A DNA stretch of 64,000 nucleotides from Candidatus Melainabacteria bacterium 17Bon1m (GCA_032128875.1 JAVLKG010000003.1:952974-1016973); one strand, 5' to 3'; positions 39,597 to 50,030 are shown, counted from the first letter of the stretch. Numbers and translations: made by a program. The notes: generated by a model not told the origin, from the sequence alone.

Positions 39597-40553
39597 ATGG
39601 CCGACGAGGAATCCCCAAAAAAAGATAGACGGAAACCGGGCTCGGGCGCCGGTGCGTCTGGTGAGGCCGAAAAGAAAGCGGACGAAGGTAAGTCCGAAGG
39701 TTCGTCTGTCCCCAGTAACGAAATGCCATCACCCTCAGACACCTTTAATCGCGGTCTAAAAGCGATTTCTAAAGATGCGCGCCCGGAAGATTTTGAAGAC
39801 CTGCAAGGTCTTTACTCAATCATGTATATGGAGCGCAAAGCAGAGCGCTATTTCAAGCGCGATCCAAATGAACCGCCGAGCCCTGACGACACTATGACTG
39901 CGGGCAACAAGCCTTACGACAAAACCGAAGGGTATGTTTTTCCCTTTCGTGGCAAAGAAGCGGAAAAGTTGGCTGAGTGCACAAAGGTAGAGTCGAAGGC
40001 ATTTTTGACGGCAGCCGCAATGTTCAAAGATTTGAGCCGTTATATGTGGGCTCCACGTTTGCTGCGACAGCTTGTCGGAAATGAGATTCACTACTACGAT
40101 CCAATCGATATCGAACGCGACAAGAACGCGCGCAAAGGTGTGATTAAGAGCAATAGCCAGACCTTCGGCTATACGCAGGTTTCAATTAACGCTGTAAAGC
40201 TCTACGTACTCGAGTTCCCGATCTTGCGGCAGTATTTCGAGCGGAAAAATCACGTAGGAGCCGACTACGAAATTAGAGCATTGCTCGATCCTCAATGTGC
40301 CGCGATGATTGTTGCTGCTGTTTGCGAGCACCATTTGAAACTCTGGAAAGGACAGGACAATGATGACGGCGTCCCTATTCCAATTAATGAGCGAACTTTG
40401 GCATACGGCTATAACCCTGATGTCTATGACGTCAACGGGACATTGGAGACGTCGCCTGTTCCAATCTACGGCGCAAGGAAAATCTTGATGCCGTCAGAGC
40501 GCGTGGTTGCCGTTTCAAAACACGTCAAAAAAGTTTTTGAGCAAGACTACTAG
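39597..40553 (+). CDS. Hypothetical protein, possible lysozyme-like fold
   Basis: Disordered N-terminus; NE...FGYTQ...GYNP spacing recalls SLT motifs. Confidence 0.5.
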   Translation: MADEESPKKDRRKPGSGAGASGEAEKKADEGKSEGSSVPSNEMPSPSDTFNRGLKAISKDARPEDFEDLQGLYSIMYMERKAERYFKRDPNEPPSPDDTMTAGNKPYDKTEGYVFPFRGKEAEKLAECTKVESKAFLTAAAMFKDLSRYMWAPRLLRQLVGNEIHYYDPIDIERDKNARKGVIKSNSQTFGYTQVSINAVKLYVLEFPILRQYFERKNHVGADYEIRALLDPQCAAMIVAAVCEHHLKLWKGQDNDDGVPIPINERTLAYGYNPDVYDVNGTLETSPVPIYGARKILMPSERVVAVSKHVKKVFEQDY

Positions 40554-40591
40554 TTTTCCAATTCGGAACATAGCCGGCGAGCCGCCCGTGT

Positions 40592-41116
40592 TCAAATGAT
40601 TCTGAAGTACCGCGCAGCAACGACAAATATCGTGGTGAAGAAAAACATCACGATGAACCATATTGAAAAAGCGATCAGCGGCTTCAAACTTTTGAAGCGA
40701 TATAAGACTGACGCGAGCCAGACGCCAAACAGCGGTGGGACAGATGCGATCAAGATGGCAATAGTTGCAGCCATTCCGCCTTTCAACAGTACGGGATATG
40801 GTTCTATCCCTGTCTTGAGCATTTTGTACGCACCATCTACAAGCTGCGGATTTCTCTGCAATACGTAGAACATTCCGAGCGGAATCAAAAATGAGAAAAC
40901 GGTCCGCAGCGTCCACCACACAAAGCGCATGAATAGCCCATCGTCAGCGAAAAACTTCTCTACTGCGCCCCGTGGTTTTGCTGGTTCGCCAGTCGCTGGG
41001 ATGGAAGGGACTGGTGGCGTATTTGGTTGCGGCTCCGCCGCTTCGTTTGCAGCATGAGCGCTATCCAAATCAAATTCGATGCCGTTCTCTTCAGCCGGTT
41101 GGTATTTCTCGACCAA
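40592..41116 (-). CDS. Hypothetical membrane protein (about 3 TM)
   Basis: Hydrophobic C-terminal half; start uncertain. Confidence 0.6.
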   Translation of the reverse strand: MVEKYQPAEENGIEFDLDSAHAANEAAEPQPNTPPVPSIPATGEPAKPRGAVEKFFADDGLFMRFVWWTLRTVFSFLIPLGMFYVLQRNPQLVDGAYKMLKTGIEPYPVLLKGGMAATIAILIASVPPLFGVWLASVLYRFKSLKPLIAFSIWFIVMFFFTTIFVVAARYFRII

Positions 41117-41138
41117 TTGCGCGCCTCTTAGTGGAGAA

Positions 41139-41447
41139 CTAGCCTTCCAATTCGGGGAATTCTTCGCGCACTGCGCTTTCACTGTTGGCTAGATAGTCGA
41201 GGCGGCGGCGCTCGGCTTCGGCGAATTGCGGAGATTCAATCGTCAGCATCTTCACCAGATTCATTGGTATCAAGTGCTTGGAATAATCCCGCGAATGTGG
41301 TCTATCAGTATCGCCGTACGATTCCAATTCGATATAGTCGTGCCCGATACGCAGAACCCGCCCAATAACGGTGGTTCCGTCAGCAAAGTGCAACCGCACC
41401 CAGGCGCGGCTGTCGGCGAGTTTTTCCAATCTGAGCTTGAGATTCAT
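41139..41447 (-). CDS. Small hypothetical protein (Sm-like/beta-barrel pattern)
   Basis: VRLHFADGTTVIGRVLRIGHDYIEL...LIPM..V. Confidence 0.65.
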   Translation of the reverse strand: MNLKLRLEKLADSRAWVRLHFADGTTVIGRVLRIGHDYIELESYGDTDRPHSRDYSKHLIPMNLVKMLTIESPQFAEAERRRLDYLANSESAVREEFPELEG

Positions 41448-41986
41448 ATGTATTCTGTACTTAGGTTGCCTGTACTTATTCTATGCATTTCACTGATTTC
41501 ATCTTAGCATCGCGTCCGATAAGTCGCCGGAAGCCCGCAAGCGATCCTGAAAAGCTTTGCAGGGCGGCAACTGTGGCAGGATCACCCAATTGTATTTCGA
41601 TTGGGAACACATCACCATATATGGCGTCGTGTCAAGCGTGGAAACTAGCGACCAAGCCGCTTTCCGAAATAGATGATAGCTAGAAAGGATATGCAAAAAA
41701 TCTTTGAGTTCAATTAAAGAACTAGCAAAGAAGTCAAGCATTCATTTTTTGTATAGACGGGCTAAACTGGCTTCAGGTGAAGCTTTTCGAGATCAATCAA
41801 AACAAAATTATCGGTATGTCCACCGTATAAATTAGGGATCTCTGAGCGATAACCAAACCTCCTGTAACAGTGCGCGGAAGTATGTCGTATTGACGAGTTC
41901 AATCAAAAAGCCGCCGACGAAAACAGGTCAAAAAGAAAGAAAGCAGCGTATTTAAACCACTAACACTCCCAAGGTAAAAACTAGAA

Positions 41987-42181
41987 ATGGCGGCATTGAT
42001 GCAAGAAGATAGCCTTCCGGCGAACCTTCAGAAGCGCATTGAGGAATTGAGAGGAAAAGAATCGAGCTACTGGGAAGACGAAATGTTTTCGCCTGAAGCG
42101 CTCACGAATCTCAATTACAGAGGTGAGTTAGAACGTATTTTCAATCTCGATCCGCTCGGACCGCTTCCGCCTTCGCTATAA
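41987..42181 (+). CDS. Small hypothetical protein (64 aa)
   Basis: AAGGT SD-like sequence and protein-like composition. Confidence 0.5.
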   Translation: MAALMQEDSLPANLQKRIEELRGKESSYWEDEMFSPEALTNLNYRGELERIFNLDPLGPLPPSL

Positions 42182-42902
42182 GGTCAATACCTAAAAGCGT
42201 TAGCGTCGGAGCCAGGTGCTCGATCTCAGTTAGAAATGGTGCAATTTGGTTGGCATAACCACCTGTGATTACAGTGGTGTGCTCGCCGGGTAGTACCGCT
42301 TTAGCCGTGGCTATCCATTGTTTGATGATGCCGATATGGGCAAGCAATGTGCCCGATAATATTGCATCGTCGGTGCGATGACCTGGTGAAAGCTGATTGA
42401 CTGAGCGGACCTTTCCGGTTAAATCCGGAAGCTGGTCGGTGTGCTCGTTGAGAGCGCGCAGAGTACGTCCGAGACCAAGTGTTATCCAGCCTCCCTGGAA
42501 TTCTCCTTCTGCGCTTGCCGCCGTGAAAGTGGTGGCAGTACCGCAGTCGATTACAAATGCACCGCGACCCTTGCCGAAGATATGTATGGCGGCAGACACG
42601 CTGGCGACTCTGTCGGTGCCGAGGGTCTTGTATGTGCCGGTGATCAGCGGCTGGCTGTGGGTAGTGACTTGGACCGCGTCTTCTCCCGCCTCCAGCAGGC
42701 GCTTGAGGATGATGTCCGATGCTTCTGGCACCACTGATGCTATCGCTATTTTTGCCTTGTGCGCGCGAGCACCGGTGAGAATGGCGTCGGCTGCGTCTTT
42801 CGGCAGCAATGTGTCGTTGTGCCAAATATCGAGTATCTTGCCACCGTCTATGACGGCGCTGGATATTCTGCTGTTGCCTACGTCTACCGCGATTCGAGTC
42901 AT
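42141..42902 (-). CDS. coaX: Type III pantothenate kinase
   Basis: VDVGNS, LGTDR, IDCGTATT and ITGG. Confidence 0.93.
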   Translation of the reverse strand: MTRIAVDVGNSRISSAVIDGGKILDIWHNDTLLPKDAADAILTGARAHKAKIAIASVVPEASDIILKRLLEAGEDAVQVTTHSQPLITGTYKTLGTDRVASVSAAIHIFGKGRGAFVIDCGTATTFTAASAEGEFQGGWITLGLGRTLRALNEHTDQLPDLTGKVRSVNQLSPGHRTDDAILSGTLLAHIGIIKQWIATAKAVLPGEHTTVITGGYANQIAPFLTEIEHLAPTLTLLGIDLIAKAEAVRADRD

Positions 42903-42968
42903 TAGAGTCAGTTAACCGTGCGGGACCGGGACGCCCCGAAAACCGGGTCCGTCTTCACAACACGGATT

Positions 42969-45197
42969 TTACTTCCTCGCAAGGTATCTATGTACGCCCT
43001 TAAGCAAACCCTCAGCTACGCGTTCCTGCACCACAGGGTCCAGCATTTGGGCAAATTCGTCCGGATGGATCATAAAACCCACTTCAACTAGCACCGCGGG
43101 CATCGATGTCGGTCGGCAAAGCGCCAGATTTTGGAAGCGGCAACCGATGTCTGGAAAGCCTACGGCGCTTATGACTGAGTCTTTCAACCCGCGCGCCAAC
43201 TCCGTCGATTGGGGGTGGTACCAATAAGTGGATGTCCCGTGTTCTTTCCACGGATCGCGACCATCCGGCAGCGCGTTGTTGTGGACCGAAACTAATAGAT
43301 CGGCGTCAGCTCTGACCGCTATGTTGACCCGCTCGTCCAGTGAAACCGTTTCCGAATCGGTCGTGCGCGTCATTATTACGTGGGCTCCGGCACGCTCGAG
43401 CGCGGCTTTGAACTTAAGTGCCATCTCCAGATTGAGCTGCTTTTCTTTCATCCCATTGCAGCCGGTAGAACCACTTTCGGTACCACCGTGCCCAGGGTCC
43501 ACGCAAATTTTCAACCCGGACAGAGAGCCGTCTGCTGCCAGCCTGGGTGCGTGTTTGACTCGCAGGCGCAGGGTCGTTCCCTCATAGTCGACCTTGTAGC
43601 CCCATTGCCGGTCCCCCTTCAACTGCGCGGTTACTTCGAAGACACCGTCTTGCACTTGCCGGAAAGAAATTCCGTCAACCAGGTCAAGGTTCGACCGTTT
43701 GCTTATTTCATCGGCGTCTGTATCCGCGGGGCTAACCCAGTCAGTGTCTTGAGTCGCACCGTAGATCTTCAATGTAAGTTTATTTGGATGAACCGATTGC
43801 TCGACCTGGTAGGGCAACCTCTGGCTCATCGGTAAAAGCAATGCGTCGCCGTAACCATCCTTTTTAGTATTTATAGTTCTTACAGTAGATGCCGGAAGCG
43901 CGCCGGAGGCTCCAGGATTAGAGGGCGACCAGCCAGGGTTTGCGGCGGTCATATCGTTTTTGCTGATATAAACGTGTTTCGTTGAAGAGTAGACAATTCG
44001 CAGTTCGTCGCCATGCCAACCATCAGCTAACAAGCGAACGCCACGCACTAGGGGCGTAATGCGTCCGGCGCCAGGACCTACTCTGACAATAGTGTTGTCG
44101 TGTGCCGTTTGCACTAAAAACGGCTGGCGCACTACAGTGATTTTGTAGGGTGACGTTGCGCTTACGCTTCTTCCGTCTTTCTCTGCAATAAATATCGGAT
44201 TGGTTTGTTCAAACTGATCCAGGGCGCTTATTTTTATAAAACCAACATAGCGATCTGAGCGAGCTGCGGGCAAGCGCTGGTAAACCTGTCCGTATGCTGC
44301 GTCGAGACCGATGTTTACACCGGAATTGGCTGAGGTGTCTACTGGGCTCATCCCGATTGTTGTGTAAGGATTGTAGCCGCCGGTCTGTTGTGCGGCTGAT
44401 GCTTTCGCTAGCGATGCCTTCGTTGACACTGCATTCGAGTGCGTCGCTGATTTTTGAGGGGTATTGTGTCTTGCACCATTTGCGGTGGCGCCCTTCTTTC
44501 CTTTGGCTGCCGCCGATTTTCTTGCCGCAATTTTTCTTTGTTGTATTTGCTGCTTCAATGCTACGGAGGGGTAAAATGGCACTACATGCCCACCTATCTG
44601 CATAGAGACCGTTGAACCAGGCGTAGCGCGAACAGAGAATTCAACTAATTCGCCCGGCAATACTCCGCGCTCTACTGCTGGTGAAATCGAATCGGGTAAG
44701 ATTTTTAGCTCACCGGCAGGTACCGGTGGTGGTGGCAGCTCTCGATTGACAGTGATGACCTTAGGTGGGCCAAATGGTCGTCCTGGTGCCTGTTGGCTGC
44801 TGGGCCTGTCTAGCAATTGCAAGTTGAGACGATTTGCTCCTGGTTGCAGACCAATAACATGCGCAAAGAATCCGGCACGACCAACTCGTGCCTCTTGCCC
44901 ATTGATGGTGAGACCGGCACCGGGTGCAATCGCCCCGACAATATATGAGGAAGAGGCAGGCACCTTGCCGTTATCCGGAGGGTAGGCAACAAATATGTTG
45001 GCAGAACCGGAGGCGTCCGCAGCGCTTGCCGCATTTGCTCCAGCTCCAACATTTATTGCAGCTCCAACATTTACTGCACATTCCGCTTTTTCTGTTTTCT
45101 TGCAGCAAAGATCAGGGCTCGGTGAAATCACGGAAAGCACCAGTCCGGCAGCCACGGCGCCTGCGATGTAGCGCCAACCGGAACTCTTCAAATGCAT
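42969..45197 (-). CDS. N-acetylmuramoyl-L-alanine amidase (Amidase_3), cyanobacterial-type
   Basis: VDPGHGG, EK, SVHNNALPDG and VLVEVGFM.HP.E. Confidence 0.9.
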   Translation of the reverse strand: MHLKSSGWRYIAGAVAAGLVLSVISPSPDLCCKKTEKAECAVNVGAAINVGAGANAASAADASGSANIFVAYPPDNGKVPASSSYIVGAIAPGAGLTINGQEARVGRAGFFAHVIGLQPGANRLNLQLLDRPSSQQAPGRPFGPPKVITVNRELPPPPVPAGELKILPDSISPAVERGVLPGELVEFSVRATPGSTVSMQIGGHVVPFYPSVALKQQIQQRKIAARKSAAAKGKKGATANGARHNTPQKSATHSNAVSTKASLAKASAAQQTGGYNPYTTIGMSPVDTSANSGVNIGLDAAYGQVYQRLPAARSDRYVGFIKISALDQFEQTNPIFIAEKDGRSVSATSPYKITVVRQPFLVQTAHDNTIVRVGPGAGRITPLVRGVRLLADGWHGDELRIVYSSTKHVYISKNDMTAANPGWSPSNPGASGALPASTVRTINTKKDGYGDALLLPMSQRLPYQVEQSVHPNKLTLKIYGATQDTDWVSPADTDADEISKRSNLDLVDGISFRQVQDGVFEVTAQLKGDRQWGYKVDYEGTTLRLRVKHAPRLAADGSLSGLKICVDPGHGGTESGSTGCNGMKEKQLNLEMALKFKAALERAGAHVIMTRTTDSETVSLDERVNIAVRADADLLVSVHNNALPDGRDPWKEHGTSTYWYHPQSTELARGLKDSVISAVGFPDIGCRFQNLALCRPTSMPAVLVEVGFMIHPDEFAQMLDPVVQERVAEGLLKGVHRYLARK

Positions 45198-45246
45198 TGC
45201 GCCTCCTGTTTTCTGAATAACGTAATCTGAAATGCGCGACTGAAGT

Positions 45247-46098
45247 TTAGTTCGGATTCGCTAATTTTTCCTTTTCTTGACGCGCCTTTTCAATTCGTTT
45301 TTTCAATTCCCAATCGTTGACAGTCCAATTGAATGGTAGTCCAAAACCCTTAATTACAGTGACATTGCTTATTGTTTCTTGTGCTTCGGGGTTTAGAAAA
45401 GACAAAACAAAATCGACAGGTGTGCCAAACCGTTTTTCAAAAATACCCTGGTTCCACTGCAAGAAAGGCCCAATGTCCAGGCGGCTTTTATATTTGTCGA
45501 ACTGCACATTGCCGGGGTCACAAACCCATCTGTACGCGGCTTCTTTCATGTCTTTGTCCATTCGCTCCGGCGTGACCGGATGGTCCAATATAGCTGGATG
45601 TCCCATCGCGCCGCCGCACATCAAGAAGATTTCTTCCGGAAAGTTATCGCTGAATAGTGGTTGAACCTTTTCGAATTGGATCGTCTGCATCGAGTATTTA
45701 TCCCCACCAACAGTGAATTTACGCCGTGTGGGGTCGTTGCCGAGTTGTTTTAGATCTGTGATGGGAAAACGATCTGCGACCGTTTTAATCACTATGAGGT
45801 TGTAGACATTGAGCCAGTAGCAGAGCCTTTCTTTATCATCCAGCATCTTTGCGGGGCTGATATGGGCGATCTCTTTTATGCTCTCTTTTAGCAACGGAGA
45901 CTTTTTCAAATTTGCATAGTCGACGCTGCTGTCTTTGACAAATTCCTTGAGCAGTTGCGAATACTTGTCGAAGCGGTATGTCACCGGGGTTTCGACTTTG
46001 ACGAACATCGTCTCCAGTGACTCGAATCCGTCGCCAATCATTTGAAAGCCGACAAGAAGCAGACCCAGAGCCAACACGCAAAGTCCTATAGCTTTCAT
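45247..46098 (-). CDS. DUF547-domain protein
   Basis: VDYANL, YWLNVYN, CGGAMGHP and FNWTVND. Confidence 0.8.
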   Translation of the reverse strand: MKAIGLCVLALGLLLVGFQMIGDGFESLETMFVKVETPVTYRFDKYSQLLKEFVKDSSVDYANLKKSPLLKESIKEIAHISPAKMLDDKERLCYWLNVYNLIVIKTVADRFPITDLKQLGNDPTRRKFTVGGDKYSMQTIQFEKVQPLFSDNFPEEIFLMCGGAMGHPAILDHPVTPERMDKDMKEAAYRWVCDPGNVQFDKYKSRLDIGPFLQWNQGIFEKRFGTPVDFVLSFLNPEAQETISNVTVIKGFGLPFNWTVNDWELKKRIEKARQEKEKLANPN

Positions 46099-46278
46099 CA
46101 GGAAGCCGTTGCGTTCGGTCAAAGTCTCAACCTCGCTCGTGCCCGAAGCACTTAGTAAAAATCAGGCAAATGTCCACTAGCTGTCATTAGACATTAAAAC
46201 ACTGGTAAGCGCAATTTTATCTGTTTGTCCGCCAAAAATTTGCCGGGGGGAAGTTTTCGGCGATGGTTTTACAAAAGC

Positions 46279-46306
46279 AAAACGGCGCCGAATGCGACGC
46301 CGTTGC
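46279..46306 (-). terminator. Terminator downstream of the original tRNA-Ala 3' end
   Basis: AACGGCG..CGCCGTT hairpin with a T-run on the minus strand. Confidence 0.6.
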
Positions 46307-46319
46307 AAGACCAAAAATT

Positions 46320-46361
46320 TGGAGCGTACCGGGGTCGAACCGGTGACCTCTTCAATGCCAT
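46320..46361 (-). other. Prophage att site: 3' half of tRNA-Ala(GGC)
   Basis: Minus strand reads ATGGCATTGAAGAGGTCACCGGTTCGACCCCGGTACGCTCCA. The tRNA match stops in the anticodon loop, there is no 5' half, and an integrase lies next to it. Confidence 0.85.
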
Positions 46362-46504
46362 GAATGGTTGCGCCGTCACCCTTTGGGGTGATTTGACGCG
46401 GGTTTATGGGGGATTCCCTGTGTATTCACTTGGGTAAATCCCAGTCACAAAAAGGATACTGTCGATGATGATCAAAATCCGTATCTCCGGAGGCTTTGTG
46501 GGCA

Positions 46505-47338
46505 ATGAATGTAGATCACCTCTATAAGCTGTATTACGACCGTCACGCGACAGTCAGAACCAGGTGTCCCGAAAACGTTCATTACTTCTGGAAGGCTCAT
46601 GAAAAAACATGGACCGGCCGCGAAGTGGAATCTATAACCAAGCGCGAAATCCAAGATTGGATGGATGATGTGGCTCAATCAAGCCGCTCGTCTGCAACAA
46701 GAGCCGTCAATCAACTCTCCGCAATATTTGGATGGGGGATAAAACGCGGCTATATAGAGTCGAACCCGTGTATTGGTGTCGAAAGGTACAAGATCAAATC
46801 TCGTGAAAGATTCTTGATGCCAGGCGAACTATCGAAATTTCGAGCTTCGCTAAATCAAGAGCCCGAATTGTTACGGGATTTCTTCTACATCTGCCTGTTA
46901 ACGGGTGCACGTCGTGGCAACGTTCAGGCTATGCGATGGGATGAAATAGATCTCGATCTAAATATATGGCGATTCGATTCGAAGAATGATGATTCACAGG
47001 TCTTACCAATCATGCCCGCGGTAAAAGCAATTTTGTTGCGACGAGCACTTGTAAGCACATCACCTTTTGTTTTTCCGGGCCGGTATGGTGGACATCTCAA
47101 AGAACCGAAACGAGCTTGGGCGCGGGTTCTGAAAAGGGCTGGGATTTCCAATCTGAGAATTCATGACCTTCGGCGGACGGTTGGGTCTTACATGGCAATT
47201 AAAGGCGAATCAGCCTATGTCATTGGCAAAGCATTGGGGCACAGGGATCAGCGGTCCACTGCCGTCTATGCAAAGCTCAACTTAGAGCCGGTCAAATCAG
47301 CATTTGGAACCATCGAATCTATTCTTCTGCCATCTTGA
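46505..47338 (+). CDS. Tyrosine integrase
   Basis: TGARRG, IHDLRRT, LGH and TAVYA catalytic residues; adjacent to att. Confidence 0.92.
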   Translation: MNVDHLYKLYYDRHATVRTRCPENVHYFWKAHEKTWTGREVESITKREIQDWMDDVAQSSRSSATRAVNQLSAIFGWGIKRGYIESNPCIGVERYKIKSRERFLMPGELSKFRASLNQEPELLRDFFYICLLTGARRGNVQAMRWDEIDLDLNIWRFDSKNDDSQVLPIMPAVKAILLRRALVSTSPFVFPGRYGGHLKEPKRAWARVLKRAGISNLRIHDLRRTVGSYMAIKGESAYVIGKALGHRDQRSTAVYAKLNLEPVKSAFGTIESILLPS

Positions 47339-47393
47339 CCGAACCAGCATTAGAGCCTAGAATCTAGAGTATGGATTCCAATCAGAGGGAGAT

Positions 47394-47603
47394 ATGCCAA
47401 AGATTCAAGTATTCATCAGTGAAGAAACAGACGCCGCTTTGCGGGATTTCTCGAATCAAGTTCGAAAGTCAGTCTCGAGTGTGGCCGCTGAAGCTATTGA
47501 TTATGCAATTGCGTCAGGCTGGCAGCCTGGAATGACCGAAAGCCTGGCAGACCGAGTGGCCAAATTGGAGGAATTCATGGCCAAGCTGCAGAAGAAGAAA
47601 TAA
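47394..47603 (+). CDS. Ribbon-helix-helix (CopG/Arc-like) DNA-binding protein
   Basis: KIQVFISEET..AL......SVSSVAAEAI pattern. Confidence 0.65.
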   Translation: MPKIQVFISEETDAALRDFSNQVRKSVSSVAAEAIDYAIASGWQPGMTESLADRVAKLEEFMAKLQKKK

Positions 47604-47688
47604 CCCAATAAAGCTACCCCGCGCGGTAACGCAGGGTAGGGCGGGAGAGAACCCGCTAGAGAACCATAATACAAGGGAGAGAACCCAC

Positions 47689-47964
47689 ATGAAAGTAAAT
47701 AAAGAACTTCTCGCGCCTTTGCGCGACGATATCCCGTTTCATCAGATGTCAACCGACACAATGATGACGATGGCTCAAGACAAGAATTCGCCACGCCGAA
47801 GAGAATTGGCCGTTTTCGTATGCAATCGCGCTGATGCTTACGACGAATTAGGACAAGAGTATCCGACCTGGTTGGCTGCTTGTCTCTTCTATCTGTCAGA
47901 CAAGCTGGAAGAAATCGCTCAAGAAGCTGCGAAAGAACTCCGCGCTCAGAGACAAAGCCATTAG
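47689..47964 (+). CDS. Phage hypothetical protein
   Basis: GGGAG SD; 91 aa. Confidence 0.6.
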   Translation: MKVNKELLAPLRDDIPFHQMSTDTMMTMAQDKNSPRRRELAVFVCNRADAYDELGQEYPTWLAACLFYLSDKLEEIAQEAAKELRAQRQSH

Positions 47965-48020
47965 TGTCGAATTAATCGACCAATCATCCGAGTCAGTCGA
48001 ATTATCAGGAGAAAATCGAC

Positions 48021-48689
48021 ATGTCTAATGTAGTCCCGATCAATCAAAAGACTCTATCTATCGTTCCGCAACAGAACGCATTTACAACAGCTATGTCATT
48101 GGTTCCAATCAAGAAGAAGCGATTTGGCGGCAGACCGCCGAAAGGACCGAACAACCCGCACACCCGGAAGGCGCTCAGCAAAGAAGAGCTTGAGCGAGTA
48201 TTCGAGGCAGCGAAGACGGCGAGCAGATACGGGCATCGTGATTACTGCATGATGTTGATTGCATATCGTCACGCGCTGCGCTCCAGCGAGATCTCCAAAT
48301 TGCATTGGTCAATGATTGATCTCGACAAGAAAGAAATATACATTCCTCGATCAAAAGGCGGTCAATCGAATTATCATCCGCTATCGGATCTTGAAATCAA
48401 AGAATTGAATTGGCTGCCTGATCATCGTGGATATGTATTCAAGGCTCAAACTGGTGGCAACCTGCAAGCCAGAGCCATCTTCAAAATAGTTGCTCGAGCC
48501 GGCAGACTCGCTGGACTTAATTTCCCACTTCATCCACACATGTTCAGGCATTCAAAGCTGACTCATCTGGCGGAGCGGAAGACTGACGCGTTCATTCTTC
48601 AGAACTTCGCTGGTCACAAAGACATTAGATCGACTCAAGAATATGTGAAAGAGGCAAAATGGCAATTTGAGGGGCTGACTGAAGACTAA
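48021..48689 (+). CDS. FimB/FimE-like short tyrosine recombinase
   Basis: RDYCMMLIAYRHALRSSE, HPHMFRHS and GHKDIRSTQEY; catalytic domain only. Confidence 0.85.
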   Translation: MSNVVPINQKTLSIVPQQNAFTTAMSLVPIKKKRFGGRPPKGPNNPHTRKALSKEELERVFEAAKTASRYGHRDYCMMLIAYRHALRSSEISKLHWSMIDLDKKEIYIPRSKGGQSNYHPLSDLEIKELNWLPDHRGYVFKAQTGGNLQARAIFKIVARAGRLAGLNFPLHPHMFRHSKLTHLAERKTDAFILQNFAGHKDIRSTQEYVKEAKWQFEGLTED

Positions 48690-49045
48690 TGAGAAAGCTT
48701 GACTGTTCGGAAAGTACTGAGAATTTGCTAAAGGCAGCGGGTGAATGCCCGTATTGCCAAATGGACACGCTTTGGAAGCAGAAGTGGTCAACTCACTGGT
48801 TCTATTGCTGCATGTGTGATCAATGGTGGACAACTGAACCAGAGCCGTTGAAGATGAATCCAGGCTATATCAATCAGATTGATTTCATGCAAGCAATGCG
48901 AAACTATCAGCCGGAGCCTTCAATGTTGGTAGCAGCTATAGCCAATCAACCGAGTTACGCTCATCAGCAATTACACCCAACCAATCGATTAGCTCAATGG
49001 CGCTCACCGCTCGAATTGGTAGTGAATGAATCAATCACTGTTTAA
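48689..49045 (+). CDS. Phage protein with zinc-ribbon motif
   Basis: CPYC...CCMC; TAATG-coupled to the upstream gene. Confidence 0.6.
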   Translation: MRKLDCSESTENLLKAAGECPYCQMDTLWKQKWSTHWFYCCMCDQWWTTEPEPLKMNPGYINQIDFMQAMRNYQPEPSMLVAAIANQPSYAHQQLHPTNRLAQWRSPLELVVNESITV

Positions 49046-49136
49046 TTGATTGGACCGACCCAGCAAGCAACAATCTAAACATATAACCCCAGGCGCCCCT
49101 CATTGAAGCCACTGGGGTTTTAGTTTTGGAGATGTA

Positions 49137-49424
49137 ATGCTGAAAAGAATCAAGTGGAGTTACCACTATAAGATGGTCTGGCTGGGGACGCTACTGTTCA
49201 AGACCGGCAAAGCCCATTGCTCTTTCTGTAATTCCAAGCCCACCAATTTCATTCAATACGCCGGTCGGTTGAAATGGGAACACCTGTGTTTCGACTGCTA
49301 CATGATTACCCATGATGTGATCATGGAACTGGCCGACATGAACTTACCAGCCGATGCGATAAATTATCGATTTATCTCTAAACAAGCATGGAAAGAGTAC
49401 ATGAAGCGTCAGGCCGCCCTCTAA
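49137..49424 (+). CDS. Phage protein with two CxxC motifs
   Basis: CSFC...CFDC; GGAG SD. Confidence 0.6.
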   Translation: MLKRIKWSYHYKMVWLGTLLFKTGKAHCSFCNSKPTNFIQYAGRLKWEHLCFDCYMITHDVIMELADMNLPADAINYRFISKQAWKEYMKRQAAL

Positions 49425-49666
49425 ATCTTCTTGGCTCCGCAACGCAGGCAGAGCATTACCCGCCTGGCGATGTCATAGCGACTCATCCGCCCAGATATAT
49501 CGATCTGGCAATCACCACATTTAGTACCAGACAAAGCTTTCTTATCAATCAATCCGCAATGCCTGGATTTATTGAACTCAGTCGAATTCGGTCTGTTCTT
49601 CAATCTATTTAGAACAGTCAATTCACGTTTTTGATCATGACTAAGCCCAACTCTATGGCTCGACAT
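49421..49666 (-). CDS. Small basic CxxC phage protein
   Basis: CGDC...CLRC; AGGT SD on the minus strand. Confidence 0.5.
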   Translation of the reverse strand: MSSHRVGLSHDQKRELTVLNRLKNRPNSTEFNKSRHCGLIDKKALSGTKCGDCQIDISGRMSRYDIARRVMLCLRCGAKKI

Positions 49667-50030
49667 TCTTATTGATTACCTAAAAACGGACAAAAAAAAT
49701 AGCGCTCTTTCGGTATGTTTAGCTTATCTGTTGCTGCGTGAAGCCCTAGAACACACACACATAACCCTCACAGACTCAGTAGGCTGCTAATGGCTATGGC
49801 GGATGACTCGTATCCGCGCATCTCTCCCAGGCTGAAATGTAAAAGGTGTAATTGCTTTCTTTTTTACCATCGATCAATTTCCCAATCAATTCCCTCAATC
49901 AGATATTGATCTGGTATCAAATCCAACACCATATCGAAAACATATCCTCATCATTTAATCAAACCAAATTGATTAGAGTCGAATTCAATCCAATACACTA
50001 ATCGAATCAGTGGTATCGGATGTGGTGGCA

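Noticed and set aside
46320-46395. Complete tRNA-Ala gene
   Set aside because: There is no D-arm or 5' acceptor strand beyond the anticodon loop, so it is an att remnant.
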